A stretch of DNA of 64,000 nucleotides from Bdellovibrionales bacterium (GCA_965243065.1 CBDETO010000005.1:1883520-1947519), one strand, 5' to 3'. Shown: positions 1 through 9,301, counted from the first letter of the stretch. Notes: a model not told the origin generated them from the sequence alone. Translations and numbers: made by a program.

Positions 1-633
1 ACCATGAGTAGTGATAGCATGAGCTACCGCTAAAGAACCATCTACAGATGTCATAATCCCTGATGTTGTCATACGACCTGAAAGAGCTATATCAGTTGTT
101 TTTCCCAATTTTTTATGAAAATCCACATTGTTCCTCAGATAATCTTTTATCTCATTCTCTAGTTTTCTTCTCTTTTTCTTATCTGTTATTTTCTCTAATT
201 TTTCAAAATTTTTCTTTAATTGTTTTTCCTCCTCATTAGAAGAATTTTCATAAATATCTTTTATTTTTTCACAGATATATTGACATTCTGTTATAGACCA
301 TACAGATGTAGCTTCATCAGTTTCTTCAACTTTATTACCACTCAGGACTTCTATAGTTTTTTTAATCCATTTATCTTCTACTTTTCCTTTTAGCTCTTCC
401 TGCATCTTCTCAAAAAGTTTTGGTAATTCCTTTGTTCGTATGGATATTTCTCCTAATTGCTTTTTATAATAATCTGACTTTCTAATAGCACGCTTTAAAC
501 TCTGGCTGGAGATTCTTGTTCTTTTTACTCCTCCAAATATAGCTGTTTTTTGCATCCCCATATCATCACGATTAAGATTGGAAGGACTATGAGAAACCAG
601 GATATGAAAATTCATAAAATTTTTATCACTCAT
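1..633 (-). CDS. casC: Type I-E Cascade backbone subunit Cas7e (CasC/Cse4), 5' part only; gene runs off the left edge
   Basis: Own reverse-strand translation from ATG 633-631: MSDKNFMNFHILVSHSPSNLNRDDMGMQKTAIFGGVKRTRISSQSLKRAIRKS...ALSGRMTTSG...AVAHAITTHG. NLNRDD and R-ISSQ-LKRAIR are the CasC N-terminal signature. GGAG RBS at 641-644 (rc). Canonical position after cse2. Not in the ORF track because no stop lies in the window. Confidence 0.8.
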   Translation of the reverse strand, partial: MSDKNFMNFHILVSHSPSNLNRDDMGMQKTAIFGGVKRTRISSQSLKRAIRKSDYYKKQLGEISIRTKELPKLFEKMQEELKGKVEDKWIKKTIEVLSGNKVEETDEATSVWSITECQYICEKIKDIYENSSNEEEKQLKKNFEKLEKITDKKKRRKLENEIKDYLRNNVDFHKKLGKTTDIALSGRMTTSGIMTSVDGSLAVAHAITTHG

Positions 634-671
634 TATATTTCTCCTTTTTTTATTTTTGGTTTTTTATTATT

Positions 672-1217
672 TTAATCTTCACTAGTTTCAGCTATAAAAT
701 AATCTTTTAAAATTTGTTTTTTTGAATTTTCACCCCAATACCAAAGCCGTTCTGCAAATTTCCTAAAATCAACTTTGGGTTTGGCTTGAATAACAAGCCT
801 TCTTAATTGGATCAAATCATTGGGGCTTTCTGATCGCTTAACTTGAAAAATACGTGCTTCCTTAATTCCAAATTGTCTTAAAGCCGCTCCCATACTAAGA
901 TATTTTTGTGGGGCTTGTTTTTTGGAGTGTTCAACTTTATTCCGATTTATACTGTTTTCCTCTGGTACACTCTTTCCAGACTGTTCCTTACCGGATTCAC
1001 TGTGCTTTAAATTTTTTACAAGAAAGAACACTACTCTTTGCCATTGTTTTTCATTGTTCTTGTTTAATTTGTTTTCCAATAATTTGTAAAAAGCAGGTAA
1101 AGTTTCCAGATCTGATGGTTCTGTTACTCTTCTAATCTGTGCTCGATCACCATTGCTGAAATGGTCTTTATTATGAAATTTATTATATACACTTACAAAG
1201 TCAGGTGAATTATTCAT
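672..1217 (-). CDS. casB: Type I-E Cascade small subunit Cse2/CasB (by position and size)
   Basis: 181 aa, basic and helical-looking, no motif I can name. Call rests on its place between cse1 and cas7 in an otherwise canonical I-E order. Confidence 0.6.
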   Translation of the reverse strand: MNNSPDFVSVYNKFHNKDHFSNGDRAQIRRVTEPSDLETLPAFYKLLENKLNKNNEKQWQRVVFFLVKNLKHSESGKEQSGKSVPEENSINRNKVEHSKKQAPQKYLSMGAALRQFGIKEARIFQVKRSESPNDLIQLRRLVIQAKPKVDFRKFAERLWYWGENSKKQILKDYFIAETSED

Positions 1218-1301
1218 TCTATAAAAAGCCCTTTCCGAGAGATAAACATTGTTACTTAAGTGAAGTAAATCTTAAAAAGATAAGATGGTTTATTTAAAAT
1301 T

Positions 1302-2792
1302 TTATGCAGCATTTCTTCTTCCTTCCACCAATAATGTATTTAATTTCCTATTGAGATATTTACGACCGTATTCAATAGCTTTTAAGAGTTTTGGATCATG
1401 TTCATAAGATTGAGTAGTTTCTTTAAAAGTATTTTTAGCAAGACTACAAAATTGTTTTTTGTATGCTTGTATTTTATTAAAATCCAGGTTCCTTAAGGTT
1501 TCATGTATAAGACTTTCTGAGTTATTGAAATATATTTGTTTAGTTAGCGGCTGAAGTTGTTTTTTTATGAAATTAGATCCTTCCTTCCCTTGATTACTGT
1601 ATTCTGATTTTAAGTTTTTACCTATTGAATATATTGAATCATTCAAAAGTTTTCCTGCTTTTAAAGCACATTTCACAAGTTCTATTATTTCACCTTGTTT
1701 TTCACTCCAACCTGACTTCAAACTATATATCTCATGTTTTCTACCTGCAAGACTTTCAGTAGATTTGCCTTTGATATAGCCTCCGACAGAAAGATTGATG
1801 CTTTTTCCCCTGCCTATTCCATTCACATAATGATCCACAACTAAAGCTCGGCTATATCCTTCCTGATCGGAGACAGTATATAATAGAGATAACATTTGTT
1901 TCCATAAATACTTTTCATTAACAGATATATAATAATGTTTGTTCTCGTTTTTCTTCCAACCTATAGGAGTATGAGGGTGTCTCCAAAATCCTTCAATATA
2001 AGATAAACCAGGTTCCTTAAAAAATCCTGTAGCTTTTCTTTGTTCATTAACTTCCAATTTAACTTTAGCAGGTTGATAAAAAAGGCCCCTCAACAATCCA
2101 ATTTTATGAGCATACTCCGGTCGATTTTTATTAAAAGCTATAGGCTTCACCCAACTTGGTTTATTTTCTACATCTTGGTTTCCAATATGCTGTTCTAACA
2201 ACTTTTTATCCAAAATATTGCACCAAACTGTTTTTCTTAAATTTTGAGATTCATCATAAATAAGTGTTGTTATAGGCATAGAGCCTTTAAGCCCTTTAGT
2301 AAAAGCTCTTCCTCCGAGACTAAATCCATTTGTAGCCTGTTGAAATAAAGCTATAGTGGCTCGCCCCAAATCTATTTCCTTCAATTCATCAACTCTATTG
2401 AAATGTGCATTTGAAGATCCCGATGTGCTAGATTTCTCCGGCAAGCCTATAAATAGTTTTTGTAAACTCGTCTCTTTTTTTTTATTTATAGTTTGCATGA
2501 AAGGATATTTAGGATGAAGAACATCAAACCAATCTTGAAAATGAGACACACCTTTATCATAGTTTTCTCCATCCATGGGATTATTATAAAAGGCTTCCAA
2601 TAGATTAAAATTGTTAGGCATAAAAATAACCTGAACCATACAAATAATCATTTGTAAGCAGGCCAACTCCATATCATCTCTATTCAATGCCAATGAATAT
2701 TTACCCTGACTGCAAAGCAATGTCCTCAGAGTGATTTTCTGATTATCCTGCACGGGTATCCATTTTTCAGTCAAAAGATTGTATTCGGGCAT
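1302..2792 (-). CDS. casA: Type I-E Cascade large subunit Cse1/CasA (Cas8e)
   Basis: 496 aa. N-terminus MPEYNLLTEKWIPVQ resembles the conserved NLL-x-W-IPV start of Cse1. Directly downstream of cas3. Confidence 0.7.
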   Translation of the reverse strand: MPEYNLLTEKWIPVQDNQKITLRTLLCSQGKYSLALNRDDMELACLQMIICMVQVIFMPNNFNLLEAFYNNPMDGENYDKGVSHFQDWFDVLHPKYPFMQTINKKKETSLQKLFIGLPEKSSTSGSSNAHFNRVDELKEIDLGRATIALFQQATNGFSLGGRAFTKGLKGSMPITTLIYDESQNLRKTVWCNILDKKLLEQHIGNQDVENKPSWVKPIAFNKNRPEYAHKIGLLRGLFYQPAKVKLEVNEQRKATGFFKEPGLSYIEGFWRHPHTPIGWKKNENKHYYISVNEKYLWKQMLSLLYTVSDQEGYSRALVVDHYVNGIGRGKSINLSVGGYIKGKSTESLAGRKHEIYSLKSGWSEKQGEIIELVKCALKAGKLLNDSIYSIGKNLKSEYSNQGKEGSNFIKKQLQPLTKQIYFNNSESLIHETLRNLDFNKIQAYKKQFCSLAKNTFKETTQSYEHDPKLLKAIEYGRKYLNRKLNTLLVEGRRNAA

Positions 2793-2896
2793 CGTTTGTC
2801 CAATTTTTTAGTGGAATTTAAAAATTATTTCTGATTTTTCTATTTTTTTCAAGTGTTAAGTTAACTTTTTCTATTTTGTCCTGAAGTTAAATAGAA

Positions 2897-5524
2897 TTAG
2901 CATAGGTTTTCTTTTTTTAATCCATATTTAAGAGTATAGGAAAATCTATACCCTTTACAAGTTTCCGATTGCCATTCTTCTCTATCAGGTATTTTAGTGA
3001 ACCGCAAATAGTAGAAACCTTGAATTATCTTTGCTGAAATATAACATTCCCAAGATTTAGGAACAGGGATAGTATTTTGATATAATTCTTCCCATTTTCT
3101 TTTATCTTTTGTTTCAACATTAGGAACTGCTTCACCTTCAAGGAAATAGTAAGCTCCATTTTTTTCGATAACAGGCACAACACTTAAATTCATCTCTCCC
3201 TCTCTTGTTAAAATTGCTGCATTTTCATCTGTGTCATTGAAAAAAGTATTTACGGATGTTAAAAGTCTCGCATTGGATTGGCTAGCATCACTTTCTCTTT
3301 TATACTTTCGAAAAGCCTCTATAATGTTTTCTGGTTCTTCTGTCCATCTCTCTCTTTGATACACTTTTTCTATCCACTCTCTGTAAGCTTTGGGAAATAT
3401 AATGTAACCAAGGGATTCTTTTCCATAAAGTAATTGCTGAGTCCGCCAGAGTGCCCGCTTATTTTTATATATATATTCATGGGTTTTATAGTCCCATTTG
3501 TCTTTTTCTGGAACAACAATAGAGCAAAAAGCTTTTTCAAAACCTTCAGGCCGTTGTTTCTCATGTCTGTGCAATCTGCCTATACGTTGAAATAATAAAT
3601 CCATAGGACATAAGTAAGTAATAAGCCAATCAAAATCAATATCCAAAGATTGCTCCAAAACTTGTGTGCCAACTAAAATACAAGCATCTTTCTTACTATC
3701 TTTGCCATATTTTTGTATCACAGATTTTTCTTTTTTCATTCTATCTTTATAACGATATCGAGAGTGAAAAATATCAACGGAAATCTCTCTCTCCATAAGT
3801 CTTTCCGCTATAACCTGAGCATCATTTACCAAATTGCAGATAATACCAACTTTAGCTGATTTTTGCTTTACCGTATTTGCAATTTTTTCCAATTCGTTTT
3901 CATCAAGAGACATGTTATTGTTTCTCCACAATTCAAAGAAAGTTTTTTTATGTCTTTCATCCTGGTCTAAAGAAAATGCTCTTAAACTTGAGTATTCTTT
4001 TTTGTCTTTATTAGTTTCTCTAACAGACTGTAAGATTAGGGGGTACTTATTCATGTGATCTTCATTCATAGAAATGCTTGAATCCCAAGTTTTTAAAAGC
4101 TGTTCCTTTTGAAACCAAGGCAAAGTTGCAGATAAAAGAATAACACTGCCACCAATTTGCTTCTGTGATTTAATAACTTTTTTTAAAAGACCATACATAT
4201 AGGCATCATAAGCGTGAACTTCATCAATAATAAGAACACTTTTACCGATACCAAAAGAACGAATAAAGTAATGTTTTAACGATGTTATTGTAGATAAAAG
4301 AACCTGATCTACAGTGGTAACAGCGATTTGTCCTAAAAAAGCTCTTTTTCTGGAAACAGCTAACCATTCATTACATTGAACTATAGCTTTATTTCCTTCA
4401 GCACCTGTTTGTTCAAAACTGTTTTTAATCAATTTTTTAAAGTCTTGATTATAAGGACTTTTTCCGTGAGCCAATATAACATTTTGGCCAGAGGAAAATA
4501 TTTTTTCTGAAACAATTCTCAGACGAGGAAGAATAGCATTAGCAGTTGCTTGTGAGGGCAACGCAAAGCTGATGCTGTCTGCAAAACCTTTTGCCAAAAG
4601 CTTAGACGCAAAAGCTATTGCTGCTTCTGTTTTTCCGCTCCCTGTGCTGGCTTCCATAATGATTAAACTAGGAATGATTTTCAATTTAGGAATCAATGTT
4701 TGAACATTTCTTGATCGTAATTCTGGATAAATCTGATTCATTCCTCCTTGAGTAATAATTTCTGTTAACAAGCCAAATTTTTTTAATACTTCTTGAGCTT
4801 TTTCTCTTCTTTTATTAAACCATAAAGATAAATCATGTTGAGATTCTGTAATTTCCTTTTGAGTTGCATATTTAAAATAATCTGTATTAGAACCAAGCCA
4901 ATCACAAACAGCACAAAAACCAGCCAACAAAACAGGAGGTTGCTCTTGTATATTCATATTTTCTAAACTAATGCATTGAGGTTTTAAAAATAATTTTTCC
5001 ATGTCTTTGACAAAATATTCTCTCACTATCTGGTCTCGTCTCCTTTCTTCTTTTGGCACATAAGATGGTAAGAAATTAGGCTCTGCATTATTAGGTATTG
5101 TCCCGTGGTGACCAGCAGTGTGAGCTAGCCAGTTTTGTAAATACCTTTTTTGATTACAGTTTTCAAAAAGAATATCACTTTCATGGACAAACCATTTATA
5201 ACCTCCTTCACCATGATCATAATTTGTATTTACCTCATTAGTATTATAAGGAGCTATTTCAGGAACCTTGTTTTGAAACCGCATATCCAGTTTACCATAA
5301 TCGTGTAAAGCAATAAAAAACAGAACCAACGCTTGTATCTGATTTTCTAAAAAACCAGTCTCTTGCATAAAACTGTTCCGTATGGCAGAGCTATGATTCC
5401 ACCACTCATGAGCTACTGCTACCACATCTAAAGAATGCAAATACAAAGGATGAGACTCAATATCTCCATCTTCTTTTTTTCTAGCTTTACCCCAATATTT
5501 GAAATAAGATTTGGATTGATTCAT
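2897..5524 (-). CDS. cas3: CRISPR-associated helicase/nuclease Cas3 (HD + DEAD/DEAH helicase)
   Basis: 875 aa. N-terminal HD domain (HSLDVVAVAHEWW ... ALHDYGKLDMRFQ), helicase motif I EASTGSGKTEAA, motif II DEVHAYD, later motifs VGTQVLEQSLDIDFD and QRIGRLHRH. Confidence 0.9.
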   Translation of the reverse strand: MNQSKSYFKYWGKARKKEDGDIESHPLYLHSLDVVAVAHEWWNHSSAIRNSFMQETGFLENQIQALVLFFIALHDYGKLDMRFQNKVPEIAPYNTNEVNTNYDHGEGGYKWFVHESDILFENCNQKRYLQNWLAHTAGHHGTIPNNAEPNFLPSYVPKEERRRDQIVREYFVKDMEKLFLKPQCISLENMNIQEQPPVLLAGFCAVCDWLGSNTDYFKYATQKEITESQHDLSLWFNKRREKAQEVLKKFGLLTEIITQGGMNQIYPELRSRNVQTLIPKLKIIPSLIIMEASTGSGKTEAAIAFASKLLAKGFADSISFALPSQATANAILPRLRIVSEKIFSSGQNVILAHGKSPYNQDFKKLIKNSFEQTGAEGNKAIVQCNEWLAVSRKRAFLGQIAVTTVDQVLLSTITSLKHYFIRSFGIGKSVLIIDEVHAYDAYMYGLLKKVIKSQKQIGGSVILLSATLPWFQKEQLLKTWDSSISMNEDHMNKYPLILQSVRETNKDKKEYSSLRAFSLDQDERHKKTFFELWRNNNMSLDENELEKIANTVKQKSAKVGIICNLVNDAQVIAERLMEREISVDIFHSRYRYKDRMKKEKSVIQKYGKDSKKDACILVGTQVLEQSLDIDFDWLITYLCPMDLLFQRIGRLHRHEKQRPEGFEKAFCSIVVPEKDKWDYKTHEYIYKNKRALWRTQQLLYGKESLGYIIFPKAYREWIEKVYQRERWTEEPENIIEAFRKYKRESDASQSNARLLTSVNTFFNDTDENAAILTREGEMNLSVVPVIEKNGAYYFLEGEAVPNVETKDKRKWEELYQNTIPVPKSWECYISAKIIQGFYYLRFTKIPDREEWQSETCKGYRFSYTLKYGLKKENLC

Positions 5525-5576
5525 TTATTAAAAATAAGGTTCATGGTGACTTAAGCGGTTTATTTCTAACAATTTT

Positions 5577-5696
5577 TCACAACAACATATACAGATTATC
5601 TTTCCTATAATTAAATCTAAACTCACACTCTTTGAGATGCAAGTAAAAAGTATCCTTATTCATTCCTCTAAATTTAGATAATCTCACTTTAGCTAA
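5577..5696 (-). pseudogene. C-terminal fragment of an IS1595-family (ISXO2-like) transposase
   Basis: Own translation: ...AKVRLSKFRGMNKDTFYLHLKECEFRFNYRKDNLYMLL*. The LHLKECEFRFN-R tail is the characteristic C-terminus of IS1595-family transposases. No upstream catalytic part is present. Confidence 0.5.
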
Positions 5697-5738
5697 TGGA
5701 ATGTCCCTGAAAAACGGACAGTGAGTAAGCATCATTTT

Positions 5739-5981
5739 TTATGGCGGCCAATAAAATCCTTTTTTTCCAGGTATTTGTTTCAACTTTCCCTGTTTTTTTA
5801 ATTCAGCTAAAAGAGCATGAGCAAAACCACAATTATACGCTTGTATAAAACCGACTTCTTTACTTAATATTTGTGCTCCAAAACACTTCTTTGGCTTTAT
5901 ATTTTTATAATACTCCAATACCACATCTAAAAGCTCTTTCTGTGCTCTTTTCACTTTTTCTTTTATCTGCTCTTTTGTCAT
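5739..5981 (-). CDS. Hypothetical 80-aa protein, possibly a small winged-helix DNA-binding protein
   Basis: ORF track. C-terminal half ALLAELKKQGKLKQIPGKKGFYW looks wHTH-like. Lies just upstream of cas3 on the same strand. Weak RBS. Confidence 0.4.
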   Translation of the reverse strand: MTKEQIKEKVKRAQKELLDVVLEYYKNIKPKKCFGAQILSKEVGFIQAYNCGFAHALLAELKKQGKLKQIPGKKGFYWPP

Positions 5982-6007
5982 AATTTAATTCCCATATTTA
6001 AAAAGTA

Positions 6008-6027
6008 GTGGGGACTGAAGTCTCCAC
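6008..6027 (-). terminator. Intrinsic terminator hairpin (copy 1 of a duplicated module)
   Basis: On the minus strand: GTGGAGAC-TTCA-GTCCCCAC followed by TACTTTTT. Flanks (attgatgtgg...ccccactactttt) are shared with the copy at 6218-6240. Confidence 0.6.
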
Positions 6028-6039
6028 ATCAATACAGCC

Positions 6040-6180
6040 CTAGCCCTTTTTTTTCTTTTCTTTTCTGTAAAGCTCACTTCTTTTATTACTTACTTTTCTT
6101 TCTACATCTAAAATATGTGATACATCCTGTAAAATCTTTATTGCTTTATCAATCTCTTCTTTTATAAGCACTTTAGACAT
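6040..6180 (-). CDS. Possible 46-aa ORF (MSKVLIKEEIDKAIKILQDVSHILDVERKVSNKRSELYRKEKKKKG)
   Basis: Own translation. Sits exactly between the two duplicated terminators. Below the ORF-track length cutoff. No homolog recognised. Confidence 0.25.
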   Translation of the reverse strand: MSKVLIKEEIDKAIKILQDVSHILDVERKVSNKRSELYRKEKKKKG

Positions 6181-6217
6181 TGTTCACCTTTCTTTTTATG
6201 TTGCAATCTCAAAAGTA

Positions 6218-6240
6218 GTGGGGACCTACTAAGTCCCCAC
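6218..6240 (-). terminator. Intrinsic terminator hairpin downstream of the pilin gene (copy 2)
   Basis: Minus strand: GTGGGGAC-TTAGTAG-GTCCCCAC followed by TACTTTTG. Confidence 0.6.
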
Positions 6241-6307
6241 ATCAATCAGCCAGAACAATAAAGGATTTTAAAGAAAACTGACTGACTGTTTTCTGTACAA
6301 ATATTCA

Positions 6308-6904
6308 CTAAAACTTAGAGTCATCACAATCTTTTACCGCAGGTATCTCAACTACCTGGCCTTTCTCATTAGCTTGTATTATAGTATCAAGACTTGATAC
6401 ATCTGAATAAGCCCCAATTATAAATGTGTTTGTACCTAATAGACAAGCCGGTGCATTGACACCCTCTGTCCCCGAGTGGGCAGTCCATGTTCCAGCAGGC
6501 GAAGCACCAGTACATAAGGCTCTAGTGGTATGTGCAGCGATGCTACATTTCCCCTCACCATCAGATATAAACTGAAGTGCACTTATACCACCAATAGCAC
6601 TTACAGTACACAAATCAGGAGCGGCTTTACCCGCACCAAAACCAAAAAAACCTTTATTCTTAAAAATAGGGCTGGTACTTCTATCTGTATCCATTCCCAC
6701 TTCTTCCAGATTATGACAATAACTAGAATCCACAGCATACTTAGCACCATAGGCTTTTTGACCATTTCCGACCTCTGCCCTCATTGCCATAACAATAGTA
6801 TTTTTTTTATAATTCCTATAAGAGGGAACAGCTATACTAACGAGCACTCCAATAAGGCCCACAGTGACCAAAATTTCAATAAGTGAAAAACCTTTATTAT
6901 TCAT
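6308..6904 (-). CDS. Type IV pilin / pseudopilin (prepilin-type N-terminal cleavage/methylation domain)
   Basis: N-terminus MNNKG|FSLIEILVTVGLIGVLVSIAVPSY is the class III signal (G-FSLIE with Glu+5). Cysteines occur in the C-terminal half. AAGGAG RBS upstream. Confidence 0.8.
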   Translation of the reverse strand: MNNKGFSLIEILVTVGLIGVLVSIAVPSYRNYKKNTIVMAMRAEVGNGQKAYGAKYAVDSSYCHNLEEVGMDTDRSTSPIFKNKGFFGFGAGKAAPDLCTVSAIGGISALQFISDGEGKCSIAAHTTRALCTGASPAGTWTAHSGTEGVNAPACLLGTNTFIIGAYSDVSSLDTIIQANEKGQVVEIPAVKDCDDSKF

Positions 6905-6928
6905 TATTATATCTCCTTTTTTATTTGT

Positions 6929-7171
6929 TTATTCCTCAACTCCGATACCTGTTGATTCAAACTGCTTTTTTATGCTTTCAACTTTATGTTTTGAATCAAA
7001 CTTATTGTTCTCTCCATTTACCCAGTCTCTTAATTCAGCTAGAGCGGCCAGCTTCTTACATTCCTCTGTACTTTTAGACCAGAAGTAACCAGACAGTGAT
7101 ATGGTCGCAATGAGTACACCGGTAGAGAACAAATTGACTGCTATTATTAGGTTTCTATCTTGTTTGTTCAT
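6929..7171 (-). CDS. Small single-pass membrane protein, co-oriented with the pilin gene
   Basis: 80 aa, one hydrophobic span (LIIAVNLFSTGVLIATISL). G-rich RBS (AAAGGGGGG) just before the ATG. 24-nt gap to the pilin gene. Confidence 0.5.
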   Translation of the reverse strand: MNKQDRNLIIAVNLFSTGVLIATISLSGYFWSKSTEECKKLAALAELRDWVNGENNKFDSKHKVESIKKQFESTGIGVEE

Positions 7172-7364
7172 ATCCCCCCTTTCCCTTTCTTTTTGTTTCT
7201 TTTGTTTGTTCTTCTTTTGTGTTTTCCTGTTTTGTTTTTGTTCTCCTAAACTGACTTTTTCAGAACCGACTAACTAACTTAAAAACCCTTTTCCTTGTTT
7301 TAAGGACGATCCCTACTCCCCGCTCATGTAGGGTTCTGCATCAGATTCCCGCTTCCGCGGGAAT

Positions 7365-8476
7365 TGTAAATGTTCACAAATTCGCTGACAAAATTGAGTT
7401 TATAAGGGAGCGTTAGAAAGCTCTAAATAACCCAAGATAAGGAGGCGAGTTATGAGGGATAACACACAAGATAAGACCCTATACAGGAACTATATTAGTA
7501 AGTGGCAGTATATGATAAAAGACTATGAGTTAGTAAAGAGGAAGAAACATCCAAAGTTTCGATTTGTAAGTGATTTTTACAAATTCCATAAAACTAATCG
7601 TCAGACTTTTTTAAAATACTATCATCGCTATTTAAGTCATCCTACAGAGGGGAGTCTTGTTCCTCGTAAGAGAGGTCCTAGATGGAGGTTAAGAAGGGGG
7701 GATAATAATAGCTATATTGAGCAGGAGGTGCTAAAACACAGGGAAAATGGTGTTAATAGATACGAGATGTGTCATATACTAAACCCTCTTCTTAAGCAAA
7801 GGGGAGAGGTTCCGATATCGGCTAGTACGGTATATCGTATATTCAGGAGGAAGGGGGTAAATAAGTTGAAGCCGAAGATGATAGAGAATAAGCGCAAGAT
7901 AATAAAGGAGAAGGCGGGGGAGTTAGGTCACATAGACTGCCATCATTTGGGTAAGGACATGATAGTGAAGTCAGGGGGTAAGAGGTACTATTTGGTGTGT
8001 GTTATAGATGATTGCACGAGGATAGCTTGGGCTGAAGTGGTGGAGGATATAAAGAGTCTTACGGTGATGTTTTCGTGTTTAAAGATTTTTAATGTATTGA
8101 GCAAGAAGTATAAGATGGAGTTTAAGGAGGTTATGAGTGATAATGGTTCAGAGTTTTCTTCTCGTAATAATCAGTTATCGCATCCGTTTGAGAGGATGTT
8201 GTTGGAGTTGGGGGTAAGGCATAGATATACAAGGCCGTATAGGCCACAGACGAATGGGAAGGTGGAGAGATTTTGGAGGAGTTTAAATGAGGATTTAATA
8301 GAGGGGAGTGTATTTGAGACGATAGAGGAGTTCAAGGATGAATTGGAGCAGTATTTGATATACTATAATGAGTTTAGACCTCATCAGGGTTTGAATCAGA
8401 AAACACCTCGGCAAATGAATAACTCTTGTGAAAGAGTGAAGAAGTGATTTTGTCAGCGAATTAGTGAACACGTACA
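7365..8476 (+). mobile_element. IS481-family insertion sequence, copy 1 (1112 bp)
   Basis: Terminal inverted repeats TGTAAATGTTCACAAATTCGCTGACAAAAT (7365-7394) vs rc of 8447-8476 TGTACGTGTTCACTAATTCGCTGACAAAAT (27/30). Single DDE/rve ORF. GGAAT on both flanks (7360-7364, 8477-8481). Near-identical copy at 35949-37060. Confidence 0.85.
7452..8447 (+). CDS. IS481-family DDE transposase (rve integrase core)
   Basis: 331 aa: HIDCHHLG...VIDDCTRIAWAEV...SDNGSEFSS...RPYRPQTNGKVERFWRSL...YNEFRPHQGLNQKTP. Identical protein at 36036-37031. Confidence 0.9.
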   Translation: MRDNTQDKTLYRNYISKWQYMIKDYELVKRKKHPKFRFVSDFYKFHKTNRQTFLKYYHRYLSHPTEGSLVPRKRGPRWRLRRGDNNSYIEQEVLKHRENGVNRYEMCHILNPLLKQRGEVPISASTVYRIFRRKGVNKLKPKMIENKRKIIKEKAGELGHIDCHHLGKDMIVKSGGKRYYLVCVIDDCTRIAWAEVVEDIKSLTVMFSCLKIFNVLSKKYKMEFKEVMSDNGSEFSSRNNQLSHPFERMLLELGVRHRYTRPYRPQTNGKVERFWRSLNEDLIEGSVFETIEEFKDELEQYLIYYNEFRPHQGLNQKTPRQMNNSCERVKK

Positions 8477-8611
8477 GGAATGACAGTGCTTTCGCGAGGA
8501 CAAGCTCCACGAGGACAAGTTTCGCGAGATCTATGTCCTTTGCCCTGTGTTTCTTCGCTCCCAAACCTCTGGTTATGTGGCTCACCCACGAAATGACGCT
8601 CCTTGTCCTGG

Positions 8612-8643
8612 AAATGGCGTTTCCTACCAGGAAACGCCATTTT
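8612..8643. repeat. 13-bp-stem hairpin AAATGGCGTTTCC-TACCA-GGAAACGCCATTT flanked by T/A runs
   Basis: Read directly. An inverted (mirror) copy lies at 8941-8971. Confidence 0.7.
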
Positions 8644-8940
8644 TTTATACTCACATAAATTATGTCTTACTTATCGTATAGAACCAAAATATTTTTAAAT
8701 TTTTTTTATTATTTGATGTTTATAAAAAACCTTTTTCAAAAAATAACCAAGTTATATTAAGCATTTACTCACTGTATTTTTTTTAGTCTCTTGTCTTATT
8801 TTAAGACACTTAGGCTGCCTTTCTGGCTTCATTTTTCATGTTTGTGGGTAAGTCTTTTCTCTTTTCGTTCTTAAAAACATCTACCTCAAAACTGCTTTCC
8901 TACTCTCAAAACCCCGTTTTTGTGCACTTTTTGCCTCTAA

Positions 8941-8971
8941 AAATGGCGTTTCCTGGTAGGAAACGCCATTT
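8941..8971. repeat. Mirror copy of the 8612 hairpin (loop TGGTA = rc of TACCA)
   Basis: AAATGGCGTTTCC-TGGTA-GGAAACGCCATTT read directly. Confidence 0.7.
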
Positions 8972-9301
8972 TTGTCTAAGTACCTGTAATCACAAATATT
9001 TTTCATCCTCTCAAATGCATCTTGCGTGAATTTTGCATAATTTTCTAAAACTTTTTCACAAATTCTCGATGTGTTTATCTAATCAAAGATAAATAAAAAA
9101 GTTTATTTTTATACCCAATAGGGTATTATTTTTTCGTAACTTTTCGGTTCTTTTCTCCAGGGAAACCAAGCCTTCCTCTCGACCCCTTATATAGTCGTTT
9201 CTGAAAATCCAGGAAAGTTTATTTCACAAGGGGTCTTACCAACCAAGATGAAGTGATAAATTGAATAAAAAGTTTTTAAAATAGTCAGCCTTTTAGACAA
9301 A

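Noticed and set aside
3370-4058. ORFs 3370-3564 (-, alternate frame) and 3834-4058 (+) within cas3; also 908-1135 (+) within cse2
   Set aside because: They are nested in supported cas genes and have no independent evidence.
8295-9029. ORFs 8295-8654 (-), 8464-8658 (+), 8838-9029 (+)
   Set aside because: The first is antisense to the transposase 3' end and IS terminus. The others run through REP-like sequence and the mirror hairpins. There is no RBS or recognisable protein features.
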